NCBI GenBank assembly: GCA_977018835.1
Contig: OZ361259.1
Span: forward strand, 1,550,001 to 1,614,000
DNA length: 64,000 nt
Source of the DNA: Minutocellus sp. GHC0000111
Lineage: Eukaryota
Reading direction: 5' to 3'
Position 1 is the first letter of the stretch; the number at the start of each line of letters is the position of its first letter. The notes below the pieces were generated by a model. It saw only the letters and a program-made list of their open reading frames with translations, was not told where the DNA came from and searched no databases. Below are positions 10,895 to 24,100 of the stretch, one piece after another. The position numbers and the translations under genes were made by a program.

Positions 10895-13254
10895 ATGAAG
10901 AGTAGACAAAGGATACGCCAATCACACCTCGTATCTTCTTGCCGCAACGACCAGATGAGTGTCATGTGCTTTGATGCGCAATCGTCTTGCGTATCTAATC
11001 ATCGGCAGACATCCGCATCGTCAGCAGCGTCATCGGCGTGTTCATTACCATCCTCCGCAGAGGCTCGGACGGCATTGAATACAACTGCCACTGCAACGCT
11101 AGAGCACGAATATTCAATGAATAATGTGTCGGCCGTGAGAAGAAAACGAACGGCAAGCTGCAGAGGCGGCACGTCACATTCCATCGGCTCGGCATTACCG
11201 GCACATAACGTGCTGGTTTTATTGGCGATGGCCATAATTGCGGCAATTGTCAGTTCCTGTTCGAACCAAGTGGAGGCCCTGACTCTGCCGCCGTTCTTCA
11301 CCCGACCGCCGCCTGCTTCTCCTGCTTCGGAAACTGGCATCTCTCCAGTATCGTCAGCAGCTTCGTCCACCTCCCTCGGCCCCACAAAGACACCACTGCA
11401 AGCCCGCGACGAAACCATCTGGAAACCCGGCAGCCTCCGCGATCAATTCGGCACCTCGGCCCTCGGACAGGTGCGCAACTTGGCCGCCGCGGTCCAAACG
11501 GCCGGCGGCAAGAAGGTATCTAGAAGGGGTATCTTCGTGGCCCGTGGCAAAAACACCGGTGGTACTGGAAGTTTGATGAAGAGCTTGGAGAAGTTGGACC
11601 AGGAAGATGCTGATGGGAGTACAGAGGGCAATGAAGAGGATGGCGAGGGGATGCAGAACGACAAGACGGTCGTTACCGCGCTGACGAGGTTGGAGAACGA
11701 CAGTGAGTATCTCGAATTTGCGGTGGTGTTATATGCCGTGCTTAGTGTGGTGTCGATGAAGGAGTCGCATGTATCTTGTTGTCGGATGCCAAATTAATTC
11801 AATTCAATGCGTGGGGCACATACAGTGAAGATATGCAATCATTTTTTTGACATTTCAACTGACTTCACACCTCTACCCCTATCTACCAATCCTTCCATTC
11901 CATGCGCTTAGTGCAACTGCTGGACAATTTGGCTTCCGAAAAACCTCAGTTGTCCACCCTCGAATTATCTCTTCTCGTATCGTCCGTGCTGGCCGCCTCG
12001 ACCTCCCCCCTCCTCTTCCCCGTCGATGGACTCAAGGTGGCCGAAGTGCTGGCTCCGGCCAGTGCCGCCTTCACAGCCTCGATTGGCATCAGTGCCGAAT
12101 ATATCGGAAAGGTGGCCGTGGCCGATGGCAAGGAGGTGGCCGCCGCCACCATCCAATGTGCCGCCGAAGCCGAGGGGTTCTTGGCCAACGCCGAACGTGT
12201 CAAGGCCGTCACGCCATTGTGCGTGGGTGTGGGCGCCACCGGGGCCAGTTTCGCGCTGCTGGCGCCCGTTATCATCGATGCGCTGGGCATTGCCGGCAAT
12301 ACGCAGATGGTAACGGAAATATATCTCTTTTGTCCCCTCATATCGGTATTGAGTGTCGCCGTGGCGGGATTGGCGCTGCAGGAGATTCGACAATTTTGCT
12401 CCAGAGCCATTAGCGTTGGCAATCGACGATTTGCCAAAAGTGGCATTGTCGGACGGACGTGGCTAAGTTCGACGGAACTAATTGACAAAAAGTCGGCCAG
12501 TACGAGTGATCGGTGGAGGAGCTTTGGGTTGGGTGTGCTGCCGGCACCGATATTGGGGGCGTTGATTCCCGGTGCGTTGGCCACCAAGTGCATCGTGGTG
12601 GCGGCACTGGCGGCGGCGCAGAGTGCGTTCTACTTGGCGCAAGCGGAAAGTGTCCTGGCGAGAGCGACCGATGCCGTGGCGCTCAAGACGCGAAGTGCGG
12701 CTGTGTGCGACACATATGCCAACCAGGGTGCGAGGAGTGCCGCCGTTCTGCCCTTTACGAGTGCCCTCAGTGCCTTTTGTGCAGCAGCGACGGCTGCCGT
12801 TGTGGAATTGCCAGTATTGGAATCACTCGCGGCACTCGGAGGACCGGTCGGGACGGCGGGACAAGTCACATTATTGTCGGTCTTTCCTACTCTGGGTGCA
12901 TTGTTTGCTGCAGCAGCGAGTGTGTCCAAGGCCCGATGCGAGGTCGACGCCGAGGCCGCCTCCCAGGCCGCGTCGACCCTGGCGCTCGAGTACGACCAGT
13001 ACGATAAAGAAGAGGATCCTGTCCTCAATCCGCTCAGAGGAGTGTTTGACCTGATCCAGATCACGGCCGCCAGCGGTTGGAAGGTGGCCAAGAAGCGGTC
13101 ACGCAAGTTCCGATCGAGCAAGCTATTTGCTCCGTTCAAGGCCTTCTTCAAGGCCCTGTCAAAGCTTGGACGCGTAGGCGGTAGCGGAAAGAAGGGCGGG
13201 GACAAAACCGAAGAGGCTGCCGAGTTGGAGGCCGCTACCGCCCTTTACACGTAA
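10895..13254 (+). CDS. Multi-pass membrane protein of unknown function, Ala-rich, 2 exons
   Basis: Intron 11703-11911 (gtgagt...ttag) joins ENDM/QLLDNL in frame. Signal-like segment and many TM-like stretches. The true start may be a later ATG. Confidence 0.75.
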
Positions 13255-13541
13255 GAGTGCTCGGAGGGTAGGTGTGTGATAGCCAGCACAGCCGGAAATC
13301 CTGAGGAGAAGGACTGCTGCGGAGGAACAGTTATTGCACACGCCGCGTGATGTTCGTCATGGCCTCCTCTGAAGGAACTTGGTATATAGTACATACTGAG
13401 GCATGATCTTAAGGTTAGTGCTACAGTTGTTGATTACACAATTGTTTGTTCGCGGGCATTTCACTTTGAGCTCATTTTTATTCGATTGTTTTTCCTCGAT
13501 CCAGACATCAATAGATCAAGCTCAGCACGCACTCGACAACC

Positions 13542-16500
13542 ATGGACGATTTTCTTGAATCCATCGAGAGGGATGCTAGGAAAATACTCCATGCGTCTAA
13601 CGAGCGAAGGATCAAATTGGCCAAGGGCGAATATGACGGCCTCGCTTCGTCACCCGTCGTGAAGAAGCAGAATGCGTCTTCCTCAAAGTCATTGTCGCCG
13701 TCGCAACTGGCCTCGTTGTCAAACAAGGCCATCGCACTTTCCTCTCCCAAGCGCCAGCCTCTTATGCCCTCGTCTCGTCCCGTGGAGCCATCTGGCATCA
13801 CCTCTAGCAAAGTCTTGCGAGGATTATCGTCCTCTTCTGGGTCGTCAGCGTCAGGTCGCAACGGCAAGGCTGCTGCTTCGTCATCAAGTCCCTTCCTTGG
13901 ATCTCCCCTCAAGCTCGATCCACCAAAGAACAAGAAGCAGAGTAGCACCAAACAAAGGAGAGACAAGAACAAAGGATCAAGCTCGAAATCACTCACCACT
14001 GCACAGTCTCCCGTCCGAAAAAACATCACAAAGAAGCAGCTATTATCCTCATTGGCTGTATCTTCCACCTCTGGCAGTACCACCGACCAAGCTGGTGGCG
14101 GCCCTATTGAACTAGATATTGAGATCTTGCGGAAGAAGTATCGCTGTGAGCAGACGCGGGCCGAGGCTCACGAGGCCTATGTCAAGCGCGTTGAGCTCAG
14201 AGCCTTGGTTAACGGCAATGGCGTGGGTGGCGATGGCCAAGCCGACTGCTTGGTGGTGGCCGAAGATGAGCCTCCGGTTGAGAAGCACCCAGTTCAAGCG
14301 AGGGTAGAGGAACTGGTGAAGAGGGAGAACGAGAGAGCTCGCGAGAGATCTAGAAGGAAGCTCGAGAGCAATGCATGGGAGATGGAGGTTCGCAAGGAAT
14401 GTCTGTCGGAGCTTAACAAACTTTGGGACGAGGAAAGAAAGGCAATCCGCATGGACGGGGAGGGTGGTGATGATAATGCCTATGGACTCGGCGACGGTGA
14501 AGAATATGGGGAACCGCCGGAACCTCTGTGCCATGATGTCGAGATTGGACCTTCTGAAGAAGACATTATTCGCAACCCTTCTCCAAACCTCTCAATGAAA
14601 CTGGCTGGCGGTGAGCTAGACGAATTGTCGACACTTATACCAGGTTGCACTGCCATCGGCCCCGCTGGGGGACTTCACACAGTAGATCAAGACGGCAATA
14701 CTGACAAGAATCAAGGCGTGAGTACCGTCCTCAAGGACCGAACTCAAGCCGTTGCCTGCTTCACCCGAGATCCAACCACATCGGCACCCAAGGTAACCAT
14801 TGCACAGGCTATCGAAACGCCCATGCTCGCCGAGCCGACAATTGCATTTGATCCGACGCAGATCAAGCCTCCACCTGCTCAGCACGAGAAACCATCGGGA
14901 ATAATGCCAGATGTCTACCCTCCCAACGACATTATTGATCGCACCCCCCTCGTTTCACCGACTGCTGATGCTAGACCTTCTACCATAGTGGTTTTGGATC
15001 CGAATGCGACGGAGGGAGATTATGCGTCTGCAATATCTGTGGACGATGGGGATGATTCCGGTTCCGGTGACGGACCTCGTATCCAGCATCGACGACACAT
15101 GAAGGAAGTAACTTTACACGGATTTCCAACCAAATGCTACGCTGCTCCCTTTGAAGTCGATGCATCCGCTGTTACCCATGACGTTGGCATCACCGAAGAA
15201 GGTATTACAATGCCCGAGCCTGCTGTATCCGACATAATGACTTGCCTGCCAGGAGAATGCACTACTGAATCTTTATCGACGGAAAAGACTCCACTGGACT
15301 ACCTCTACATCGCCAAGGATCCGAGCTCTGGCAAGGATGGTGGCACACCTAACGAGGGATCACTCTTTACCGTTCTAATGGACAGGTATGAAATAAGTTC
15401 TATTGCCCGAACGACGGAACGAAAGCAGCAGGCTGAGCAGGATCGATTACAAGAAGTGCAAGCTGAAAATAGGAAAAAGGCGAAGAGAGCGAAAATCAAG
15501 GCCGCTACCGAGCTCATGGAGCGTAGATTGGCTGCTGAGCGAGAAAAGATATTGCGACAAGAAGCACCAGGAGGTCACGAGAATGTCGCTGGCAAGGGTG
15601 AGGATAGCATCAACGATAGAATCGAGCCACTCCAAGATGACGATGGCGAAGAGGCTTGGGAGCGAAGGATGAAATGTTCTGTTATTGTCACCGTTCGAGA
15701 TCTTGGCGATGCCAAGTGGGAAGAGCGCCAATTGATGGATACCAGGAAGCATTTCTATCGAAATGTGGATCCATACTTGATACTGAGCGATGCTTCATCG
15801 TGGAACCCACCACTAGGATGGGATCGCGTGGCTCTGCCTGCTCCTGACATCAGCGATTGTGGTGAGAAGAGGGTTGGGATGGATATGTCGGAAGATGAGA
15901 AAAGAAAGAGCGCTGACAATGAGTCCTCAAGGGGCAGCGTTGGGGAGGAGGACAATAATGAAATTGACCGACTCGCGACATTGTTGACTCGAAACGACGA
16001 ATTCGTCAAGGCAATGGCAGCGCGGCTTGGAGTACCAGAAGACAAGGTGCGATCTTTGGGCGAGGATTCATGCGGTAACTCCGACAACAATGACAAAAAG
16101 AATCACAAAGATTCTGTCGCATCGGATTGGTCACACACCGAAGATATCCACGAGGAGCTCGCGGCGCTACCCCAAGGGTTTGCCGATGTCTATGCAATCA
16201 AATGCGCCGAGCGTGAGAGGCAACAGCGCGAGGGCATGGAGAACATCGACCCAAGGGATCTTGGCGGTGGTGCGCGAGGATGTGAATGGAGAAAACTCCC
16301 TCGAGCCATTGTTCGCGCCGACTTTTTCCATCTCAATAAGCGCAAGGTCCAAAGTTGCGCCGACAAAAGCTCTTTCTGCCAGCCGAATAAACCAAGACTC
16401 GTTGGTCTCGTTGATCCTGTCAAAGGCATTCAGCGTGAGGTCAACGAGAACGAATTTCAGACGGAGCTTACAACCCTCTTCATTTCCGACATCAGGGCCG

Positions 16501-17084
16501 ACCACTTCAAAATGGTTGAAGATCAAAAGAAGCAAAAAGAACAAGAAGAATCTCTCCTCGACGCATCCCAACAGGAGGCACTGGAGCAGATACTGAATCT
16601 ATCTGTTGATGATGGTGAGGCCGGCACCATCACAGTTGACGCAGCAGAAATGGCCGCAAGCCCGGACAGAAATGTTAAGAACGCTACAAGACATTCGCAG
16701 CCAGAAATGGTGGACTTGAAGGGTAAATCCAATGCCGAGTTGACCGTAGCCGCTATCGACGCGGTCAAGAGTGCCAACTACAACGTCTTGGAGCATGTGC
16801 TGGATGAGATCGGGCTCAGCGTCAACTGCAGAGACGAACACGGCAACACACTTCTCATCATTGCATCTCAGCGAGGCAGGAAACGCATGGTCAAGTTTCT
16901 GCTGCGCCGCAATGCCAACATGAATGCCCAGAATTTCGTAGGCTGTACCGCCTTGCACTACCTGTATGAGTACGGTCACGATCGACTCGCGGAATATCTG
17001 TTGAGCAAGGGGGCTAGCGACGAAATCATCAACAAGGCTGGGTTGACGGTCTATGAGGGCTTGGGGCATTCGCCAGATGAGTAG
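13542..17084 (+). CDS. 1180-aa protein with C-terminal ankyrin repeats
   Basis: Long uninterrupted ORF; GNTLLIIASQRG...LLRRNANMNAQNFVGCTALHY...LLSKGA ankyrin consensus. Confidence 0.85.
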   Translation: MDDFLESIERDARKILHASNERRIKLAKGEYDGLASSPVVKKQNASSSKSLSPSQLASLSNKAIALSSPKRQPLMPSSRPVEPSGITSSKVLRGLSSSSGSSASGRNGKAAASSSSPFLGSPLKLDPPKNKKQSSTKQRRDKNKGSSSKSLTTAQSPVRKNITKKQLLSSLAVSSTSGSTTDQAGGGPIELDIEILRKKYRCEQTRAEAHEAYVKRVELRALVNGNGVGGDGQADCLVVAEDEPPVEKHPVQARVEELVKRENERARERSRRKLESNAWEMEVRKECLSELNKLWDEERKAIRMDGEGGDDNAYGLGDGEEYGEPPEPLCHDVEIGPSEEDIIRNPSPNLSMKLAGGELDELSTLIPGCTAIGPAGGLHTVDQDGNTDKNQGVSTVLKDRTQAVACFTRDPTTSAPKVTIAQAIETPMLAEPTIAFDPTQIKPPPAQHEKPSGIMPDVYPPNDIIDRTPLVSPTADARPSTIVVLDPNATEGDYASAISVDDGDDSGSGDGPRIQHRRHMKEVTLHGFPTKCYAAPFEVDASAVTHDVGITEEGITMPEPAVSDIMTCLPGECTTESLSTEKTPLDYLYIAKDPSSGKDGGTPNEGSLFTVLMDRYEISSIARTTERKQQAEQDRLQEVQAENRKKAKRAKIKAATELMERRLAAEREKILRQEAPGGHENVAGKGEDSINDRIEPLQDDDGEEAWERRMKCSVIVTVRDLGDAKWEERQLMDTRKHFYRNVDPYLILSDASSWNPPLGWDRVALPAPDISDCGEKRVGMDMSEDEKRKSADNESSRGSVGEEDNNEIDRLATLLTRNDEFVKAMAARLGVPEDKVRSLGEDSCGNSDNNDKKNHKDSVASDWSHTEDIHEELAALPQGFADVYAIKCAERERQQREGMENIDPRDLGGGARGCEWRKLPRAIVRADFFHLNKRKVQSCADKSSFCQPNKPRLVGLVDPVKGIQREVNENEFQTELTTLFISDIRADHFKMVEDQKKQKEQEESLLDASQQEALEQILNLSVDDGEAGTITVDAAEMAASPDRNVKNATRHSQPEMVDLKGKSNAELTVAAIDAVKSANYNVLEHVLDEIGLSVNCRDEHGNTLLIIASQRGRKRMVKFLLRRNANMNAQNFVGCTALHYLYEYGHDRLAEYLLSKGASDEIINKAGLTVYEGLGHSPDE

Positions 17085-17301
17085 AGTCATTCTACGATAG
17101 CACTCTTTGATTCATAATCGTAACTAAAAGCTCTGTTTTTTTTGTGAGGGGGGTGAAATTATCTTATAGTGTTTCGTTCTACCGAGCTCGGCTACCATTT
17201 TGGCGCACTGGATATACTATCTCGGTGTTTTGTGGTGGGGTTTATCTTTTTCATTTGTTTCTGAATAAATCAAATGCATCAAAGAAGTCTGATGTGTCTG
17301 C

Positions 17302-19103
17302 TTAGGGGACTCGCTCCGTCCTGCCACTGCTCCTGTGGTCATAGGCCGACTCATTACGGCCCTCTCTCATCACAGCTCCAGCACCGCACGGATTGACGGC
17401 AAAGGCATTGAGATGCGTCGCCTTTCCAGGCGCCATCGGCGAGGCCGGGTGGGTCGGACTCATGGTACCGTCCGAGTTGACCGTCGCTCCTTAGTTCCAT
17501 ATGTTGCCCAGCTTGTGCGACATGTTGAGCATCTCGGTCGACCAACCACCACCGCTGTGATCGGCCCCGCACTGCATCATGTGGGCATTCTCGGCATCGC
17601 AATCGCCACCATCAGCCGGTCCGTATCGTGCCCGAGAATCACGGGGGTTGGCCTTGAGTCTGGGCGTCGCACCAGGTTGAGGAGTGCTGGACGCCGATCG
17701 TGGACGGCTGGACGACCGGGCATTGGCAAAGTGTCCACTGTTGGGCGTCGGATAGGGCGAGATGCGCTTCCGGCTCGGAGTGCCGGGGGTGCCGGGGCTG
17801 CTGTACGATGCCACCGAGCTGGTCCGTTGGCGGTTGATGGACAGCAGGGCCTCGTCGGTGAGGTTGGTGGCATCCCGCAGCTTCTTGGCGCCGTCTCGTA
17901 CCAGATACTTCATGTCATCATACTCGCCCATAATGTACAGGCATTGCGTCTTGGAGTTGGGATCCTGTGGCAGTAAATTAGAAAGAAAATGTTTATATAG
18001 ATTGTATGTGAGATGCATGCGTCGTATAGCATCTAGGTAGGCTCCCAAAAAACAATTAAGAGCAGTAATGTAAAAAACACAACTTACAATGCCACCGTCG
18101 CCATCCTCGTCGACCAGATCCTGCGCCTTGTCGATCTTGGCCACCTGCCGGGACTTCTCCCCCGCCTTCTTCCCCCCGCCGCCGCCGTTCTTCTTCTGCG
18201 ACCGGCTGGCCCGGGCGTTCTGCTCCAAAATCTCTCCGGTCCTGGCGTCCACCTTGATCCCGCGGAAGATGCTGGCCGTCTTGACGGCAATCTCCACCTC
18301 GTTGGCGGATCCCTCCTCTTTGTCGTCATCGTCATCATCGCATTGTCTGCACCCGTGGACACGTGCAGTCCTCTCATGCCGGCCGTGGCGGAATGCTAGC
18401 TCGAAGATTTGCGAAATCCACCGGGAAGATGATGAGCTGGGGGTTCGTAGATGAGCGGACCGAAAATATGTTGGCCTGTAGAGGGATCCACGGCAGGGAT
18501 GCCACCCGGCACCTCGAGGTTGAGGCGGTAGCACCGCTTCTTCTCGGCCCCGGCCGGTGGGGCCGTGAGGATGGTCGGCTCGCGTGTACCGGATGGGGTG
18601 GAGGGTGCCGAGGATGGACCCTGCCGGTGAGGGGAGGGGGACGCCCGTCGCCGCGAGGTGGACCGAGAGCGGCTCCGACGCTGCTGCTCTTGCTGTTGCT
18701 GTTGCTGGGCCATGTACGGGTCAAACTGCTTGTTGGCATGTCGAGCATTGGCCACCATGGCGGCGACGTTGTGGCCAGCGCTGCTACTGCGACGCCTTGC
18801 GTTATCGGAGGCGCCGGCGGCATTGGCGTCGGACATGTGCGCATCGGAATCATCCCTAGCTTGTGCCTGGTGCTGCTGGCTGCTGGTATGGGCCGTGTGG
18901 TAGCTTCGGCTCGAGGCCTTGCTGGCATGCCTTGATCGGTCACTGCGGGATCCATGCGAGAAAGTTTCGGCTGTTCCGTTGTGGTTATTCGAGGCGTACT
19001 GCGCATGAGATTGCTGCTGCTGCTGCTGCTGCTCGGCGGGCGTCGTCGAGCACTGTCCCATGGCCTGGAACAGGTTGGCCAGCGGATTCGATGTGCGAGG
19101 CAT
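17302..19103 (-). pseudogene. Hypothetical protein gene (MGQC.. N-myristoylation-like start), disrupted
   Basis: Coding-like sequence continues through a TAG at 18396-18398, a frameshift near 18340, a clean intron 17965-18087 and a TAA at 17491-17493, then in frame to TAA 17302-17304. Confidence 0.6.
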
Positions 19104-21193
19104 GGTTTGTATTGTTATTATATTTCAGTCAATCAAATAAAATTGTAGTGAAAGTAGCGATGCGCAAATAAATGCAAGTCAACCGGAAAACTGGCACGAG
19201 ATGTGCTGGATATCGATTTTCGTCAGATATGCCTGAAATGCACCGAGATATGTGACGGCTCTGCAAATTAATCGATCTGGGAATCGCGAAAGGCACGAAA
19301 AATGGTTTTTGTGCTGAGATCCAAGACGGTAAAATATTTGCGTTCCGGACGAACTATCAATCTTGGCGAGAGGGGGGCTGCGCTACCAAGACGAGGATGT
19401 GCGCGTAATCGACCAAGAGCAGGCTGGCTGGTGATGGATGGCGGATGCGAGTAGAGATCTGCCCTCGACGGACAGGCTGCCTGGCGATACTGGATTATTC
19501 GTGTATCCAAGTTTTGTGCTACGCGAACAATCGAGAGGATGGGTATCGACCGATGGAGAATTGTTGTGCCCGATATGCAATGAAATGGAGCCCAAGTGCC
19601 CAAGTGCCCAAGAGATGGATAGAGCCCCTGCTGCCTTCGTCGTCGTCGCCGTGCCAGTTCCAAACAATGTGAAGTATGTTTCAGGCCCCCGGACCCCCAG
19701 TTCACTTTGTTGTGTTTTTTAGGCGACGCAAATGTCAAAAGAGCGATCCAACGCAACGCGCACGTCGGTTGGCGCCCTCTCTTGGCGGGTCGAAAAATCT
19801 GTCGCGTGTGGAACAAAGCGCACAAAGAGGGGTTGGGTGGGATCGGCGATTTCCAGATTGGCGATGCCGGCGCGGAAGATACCAAAATATATCCTGAATA
19901 TAATTTTATGATGGGTTGTGCTGCTTCGAGCTGCGAAAACGGACTCGCTCGACCGGATAGAAGTTCGATTGAAATCAATCCGTTGGTCGGGAATTTGCCA
20001 GCTGGCTCAGCCAGCCGCCACAAGACAAGCAAGCAAGCAAGCTGAAGAAAGAGACCGTTCGGGCTGGAAAGTAGTTGGTGGAACTCCCTGCTCCTTCCGT
20101 ATCGCTCCCGCAGATTGACTCTTCTATCGTTGATACCATAATTGATTACTTTTAGGTCCATTTCGATCGTCCAGACTGCGTTTTTCTCGCGATTGAAAGA
20201 TACCGAAAGACCGCCGCCTTTCGTCTCATATCATTCCCTCTTGAACATTTTTGCTCTACTTTCCGTGGAGCTGGGGGTGTGAATTGAGGCGCGTCGTTAC
20301 TTATCGTCCCCCCGGAAACCAAAGGTAAGTCGGCATCCATAATGCCTGCAATAATCTACTTGATATTATCATGTCCCTTGTATTTTTATGCTTCGGCGGT
20401 GTCTTGTGACATGTCTACATTTATTCAAGTAGCGTGCGTTCCCGCCCCGAGCGGACGGGCGGTGCGCTACTTTCGCTGCGAATGGGCATTCCCGATGTGA
20501 AAACATCCGAAACGCGCATGGGATACCGTCGGACTTTGCACAAAATAGTCCCTATGTGCGATATCTTGGGTGGTTGGGGCGATTTGACTGACCGGTGGTT
20601 CTTTTCCAAACGCATTCGTTTGTGTTACCGGCCTACTTCACATTTTCGTCACAAGTTTCCCCGGCTGGTCCCCACACGCTGCATTGACCTGAACATTGTT
20701 ATCGGGCAACTAACCATATCTTCACCCCTACTATTGCTTTGAAATGCCGTTGCAGGAACACCCCCGTATCTTTGTGCCCCGGCCGGCCAACCACGTGTCG
20801 ATAACCATCGCATATCTTGCCCCGGCGAACCCCGCAAACTTTCACCCTTACTTTTTTGGGACGCACCGCGGACCGTGCCTTGCAGTCCATCATCTACCAC
20901 CAAGATTGTCATCAGACCAATTATCAGCCATCTTTACCTGCCTCAATAGATCTGGTATCTTGGCACGTTTTGTCGATTAGTCCGATCCATTGGTGGAGAG
21001 CGCATACATCTTCCCAACTCAAGTTCCGAGCCTCCTTACTTTCCACGAAACCCCTCCCGACCAATCTCCAAGCTTGAGGTATTCATCAACTTCAGGTGAT
21101 AGATATCTTTGTTCCGTGGAAGTTTGGCCAATTTTGAGGACTCTCGGCATTGTTTGAAGCTACTCTCAGTATTTTGGCGCTGAAACTGTAATC

Positions 21194-24100
21194 ATGTCGT
21201 CTCCCAACCACGGTTTTGGTTCGGCCGCATCTAACCCTGCCTACGGCTCGCCATATTATGCCGGTGCGACCTCGACCCCGACCGCGCAGTCTGCTTCAGC
21301 TTCGCGTTCGGGTTCGGCCTCAGCCTCAGCTCCCGGCAGTGCAGGCAGTGGTGGTGGGTTCGGCGGGTTCGATCGGCTGGCCAGCCTGGCCACGGCAGCC
21401 CTGGCCTATTGTCAGGTGACAAGTCCAGACCGTCCGACCGGATCCACCCAAGCAGCAACAGCAGCAGCAGCCGAGGAGAGCAAAGCCGAGGAGACCAAAT
21501 CACCGGCAGAGCCCACCATCTTGGATGCATCGGCATCGTCGGCTCCGTTGTACAATCCGCCCAGCAGCGAAAAGTACAACTCCAACACGAAGGCGTGGGC
21601 GGATGCCTACGGGTACCGTGTCACCAAGCGCAAGTACACCAAGCGGAGCGAGTACTGGCAGGAGCTCGGTCAGAGTCCGACTGCCGATGAGGCCAAGGAC
21701 AAGTCTCCAGCCAAGTTACCGGCCAAGTCCAAGTCACCGGCCAAAGCCAATAAGGTTGGCGGTGGCGCTACCGCAAGCAAGAAGGCCAAGAAGGATGACG
21801 ATGCCAAGTCACCGGCCAAGAAGAAGCCGGCCGCGAAGCGCAGTACCAGTACCAAGCGTGGCGGGGCTGCTGCCGTTGGCAATGATGCAGCCATCCGACG
21901 TGGAGCGACTCGAGGTCAGGCCAGGTAAGTATCGCACCGCTCTGGACTGCATTGTTTCTCGGCTCCCTACTACGTCGTAGTGCTGATTTGATTTATGTTG
22001 GCTAACTCTCATCTCTCAATTCTTACGTTTTTCACATGTCATTTTATTTCTTTTAGAACACGTGCCCCATCGAAGAAGATGCAAGAAGCCATGGGGGGTG
22101 ATAGCGACGATGATACCGAGGTGGGCAAGCGGCCTGCCGCAAAGCCTGCCGCAAAGAAGACCACCGAGAAGACTTCTTATGCTGCCGCAGTGGCCGCTGC
22201 CGCCGCGGCGGCAGATGCCGTTCTTGCTGAATCGCCCGATACCAATATCACAACCGGTAGGAAGACGAAGAAGAAGGCCGCATCGGCAGATGCTACTCCT
22301 GCTGCATCCCCCGATACCAAGGCTACGGCCACTACCACAACCAAGAGTGGCAGGAAGACGAAGAAGAAAGCTAGCGAGGACGGCACTCCGGGCAAGAGGA
22401 AGTACGTCAAACGCGCAAATTGGTGGGGCAACCGGAGCGGCGTCAACAGTCCCACGGCCATCTCCCGCGCCAAGAAGGAGGCCGAGGCGGCGAAGAAGGC
22501 TGGGAAACCACTGCCTGAGAAGAAGGAGGCCAAGCCCCGTCGCAAGTACACCAAGAAGAGCGAGTACTGGAAGACCAATTGGGACAAGAAGGACAGCGAC
22601 GGAAAGGAAGACAAGGATGAGGCGGAGGCGGACACGCCAGCCCCGGCGCCAGCATCTCCTGGCAAGGGTCGAGGCAGTGGTGTCGGTACGCGCAAGGCTC
22701 CGAAGTATGATGCTTCGAAGAAAGCCTCGACGGCATCGGCTAGCTCCAGGGCTGTTGCCAAGAAGGATCCCGCTCCAGTCGATGATGCCTCGGACTCGGA
22801 TGATTCTTCCGTAGATCTAGAGGCCATTGTTTGCTGCGTCTGCCGCTGCGCTGTCGATTACAGTGATCCCGATGCCTTTCTTCCTGCTCCATGGGTACTC
22901 CAGGACAAGGCCGAGGACGAAGCCAACAAGAGCGACAGCAGTGGTAGCGAGGACGAGGATAGTGACGAAGAGGAGGGTGCCAAGAAGAAGAGTGATGACG
23001 CTCACTCCAACAAGGAGAAGAAAAGGTCTGATCAGGACGCTGACGACCCTAACCCTAACCCTAACAATGCCCTTCTACTCTGCGACGGTATCGGGTGCAA
23101 CCGAGCCTATCACCAGCGCTGTCACTTTGTACCCGTTCTCAGCATTCCCCGTGGCGAGTGGCTCTGCCTCATTTGTCGTGTGAAGGAGGATATGCTCGGC
23201 ACATCTCCCAAAAAGGGCGGCAAGGGTAAGAAGAAAGCCAGCAGTTCCAAGAAAAAGGTCAAGCGCAGTAATTCGTGGGATGCCTCTGGTATATCTAGCG
23301 ATGGTGGCTTGTCTGATAGTGACGCCGCCGGACTTGATGCCGAGGAAGTGCAGAAGGCGCTCACAGTTTCCGAGTTGGACACGCTATATCGCGTAGATCC
23401 TCCGCCTAGGCCCAAAAAGGGGGAAGAGGGAGGCACCGAGACCGAAACAGCTAGCACCAAGCAGGCACCTGAAAGTACCATCGACGATGAGGTCGAAAAA
23501 GCCCGTCAGAGACAGCTTCAGGAATCATTCGAGCTCGTATCTGCCCCTCTCAAGGCCCGCATCCTCCATACCGAGCTGACTACCAAGGTGAAATCTGTCA
23601 TCGACCAATCTCTTTCTCGTATCCGCCAGAGTGAGAATGTCATCCGTGCTTACACCGAGACATCCCGGGCTCGGAAGAGTATCCTCGACAGATATGCTAT
23701 GGACGGCCAGGTCGCACAAGAGCTGGTCCAAGCTCTCGGCAAGATGGCAATGGCCAAGCAGCGCATCCGAGGAACTCTTCGCAGCTTGGAGTACATCATC
23801 AAGACCAATCGGAGTTGGGAGGTGGACTGGCTTCTCGACTGGATCACCAAGGAGGAACAGCGTGTTCTCGCGGCAGACTCGGAAGAGATCCCTGGTGCTG
23901 ACTCTGCCAATGGGCTGGAAAATCCTGGTGACACCCGAGCTCTGATCTTCGCCAAGGACGTCGACAAGAGAAGAATCGAGCCAAGATTTGAATCAGGAAG
24001 TAATGAAGCCATCCTGTCCATCCATGGTGCTGCTGCCACTGCGTCCAACGCCGAGCATCCACCGGGTGCAATCACAGCCAAAGCGAGCGGCGAGGAGGAT

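Noticed and set aside
19268..20161. 297-aa minus-strand ORF
   Set aside because: No recognisable motif, non-protein-like composition, and it sits in a divergent promoter region; probably spurious.
23048..23065. (CCCTAA)3 telomere-like tract
   Set aside because: It lies in frame inside the PHD gene encoding PNPNPN, so it is explained as a coding low-complexity repeat.
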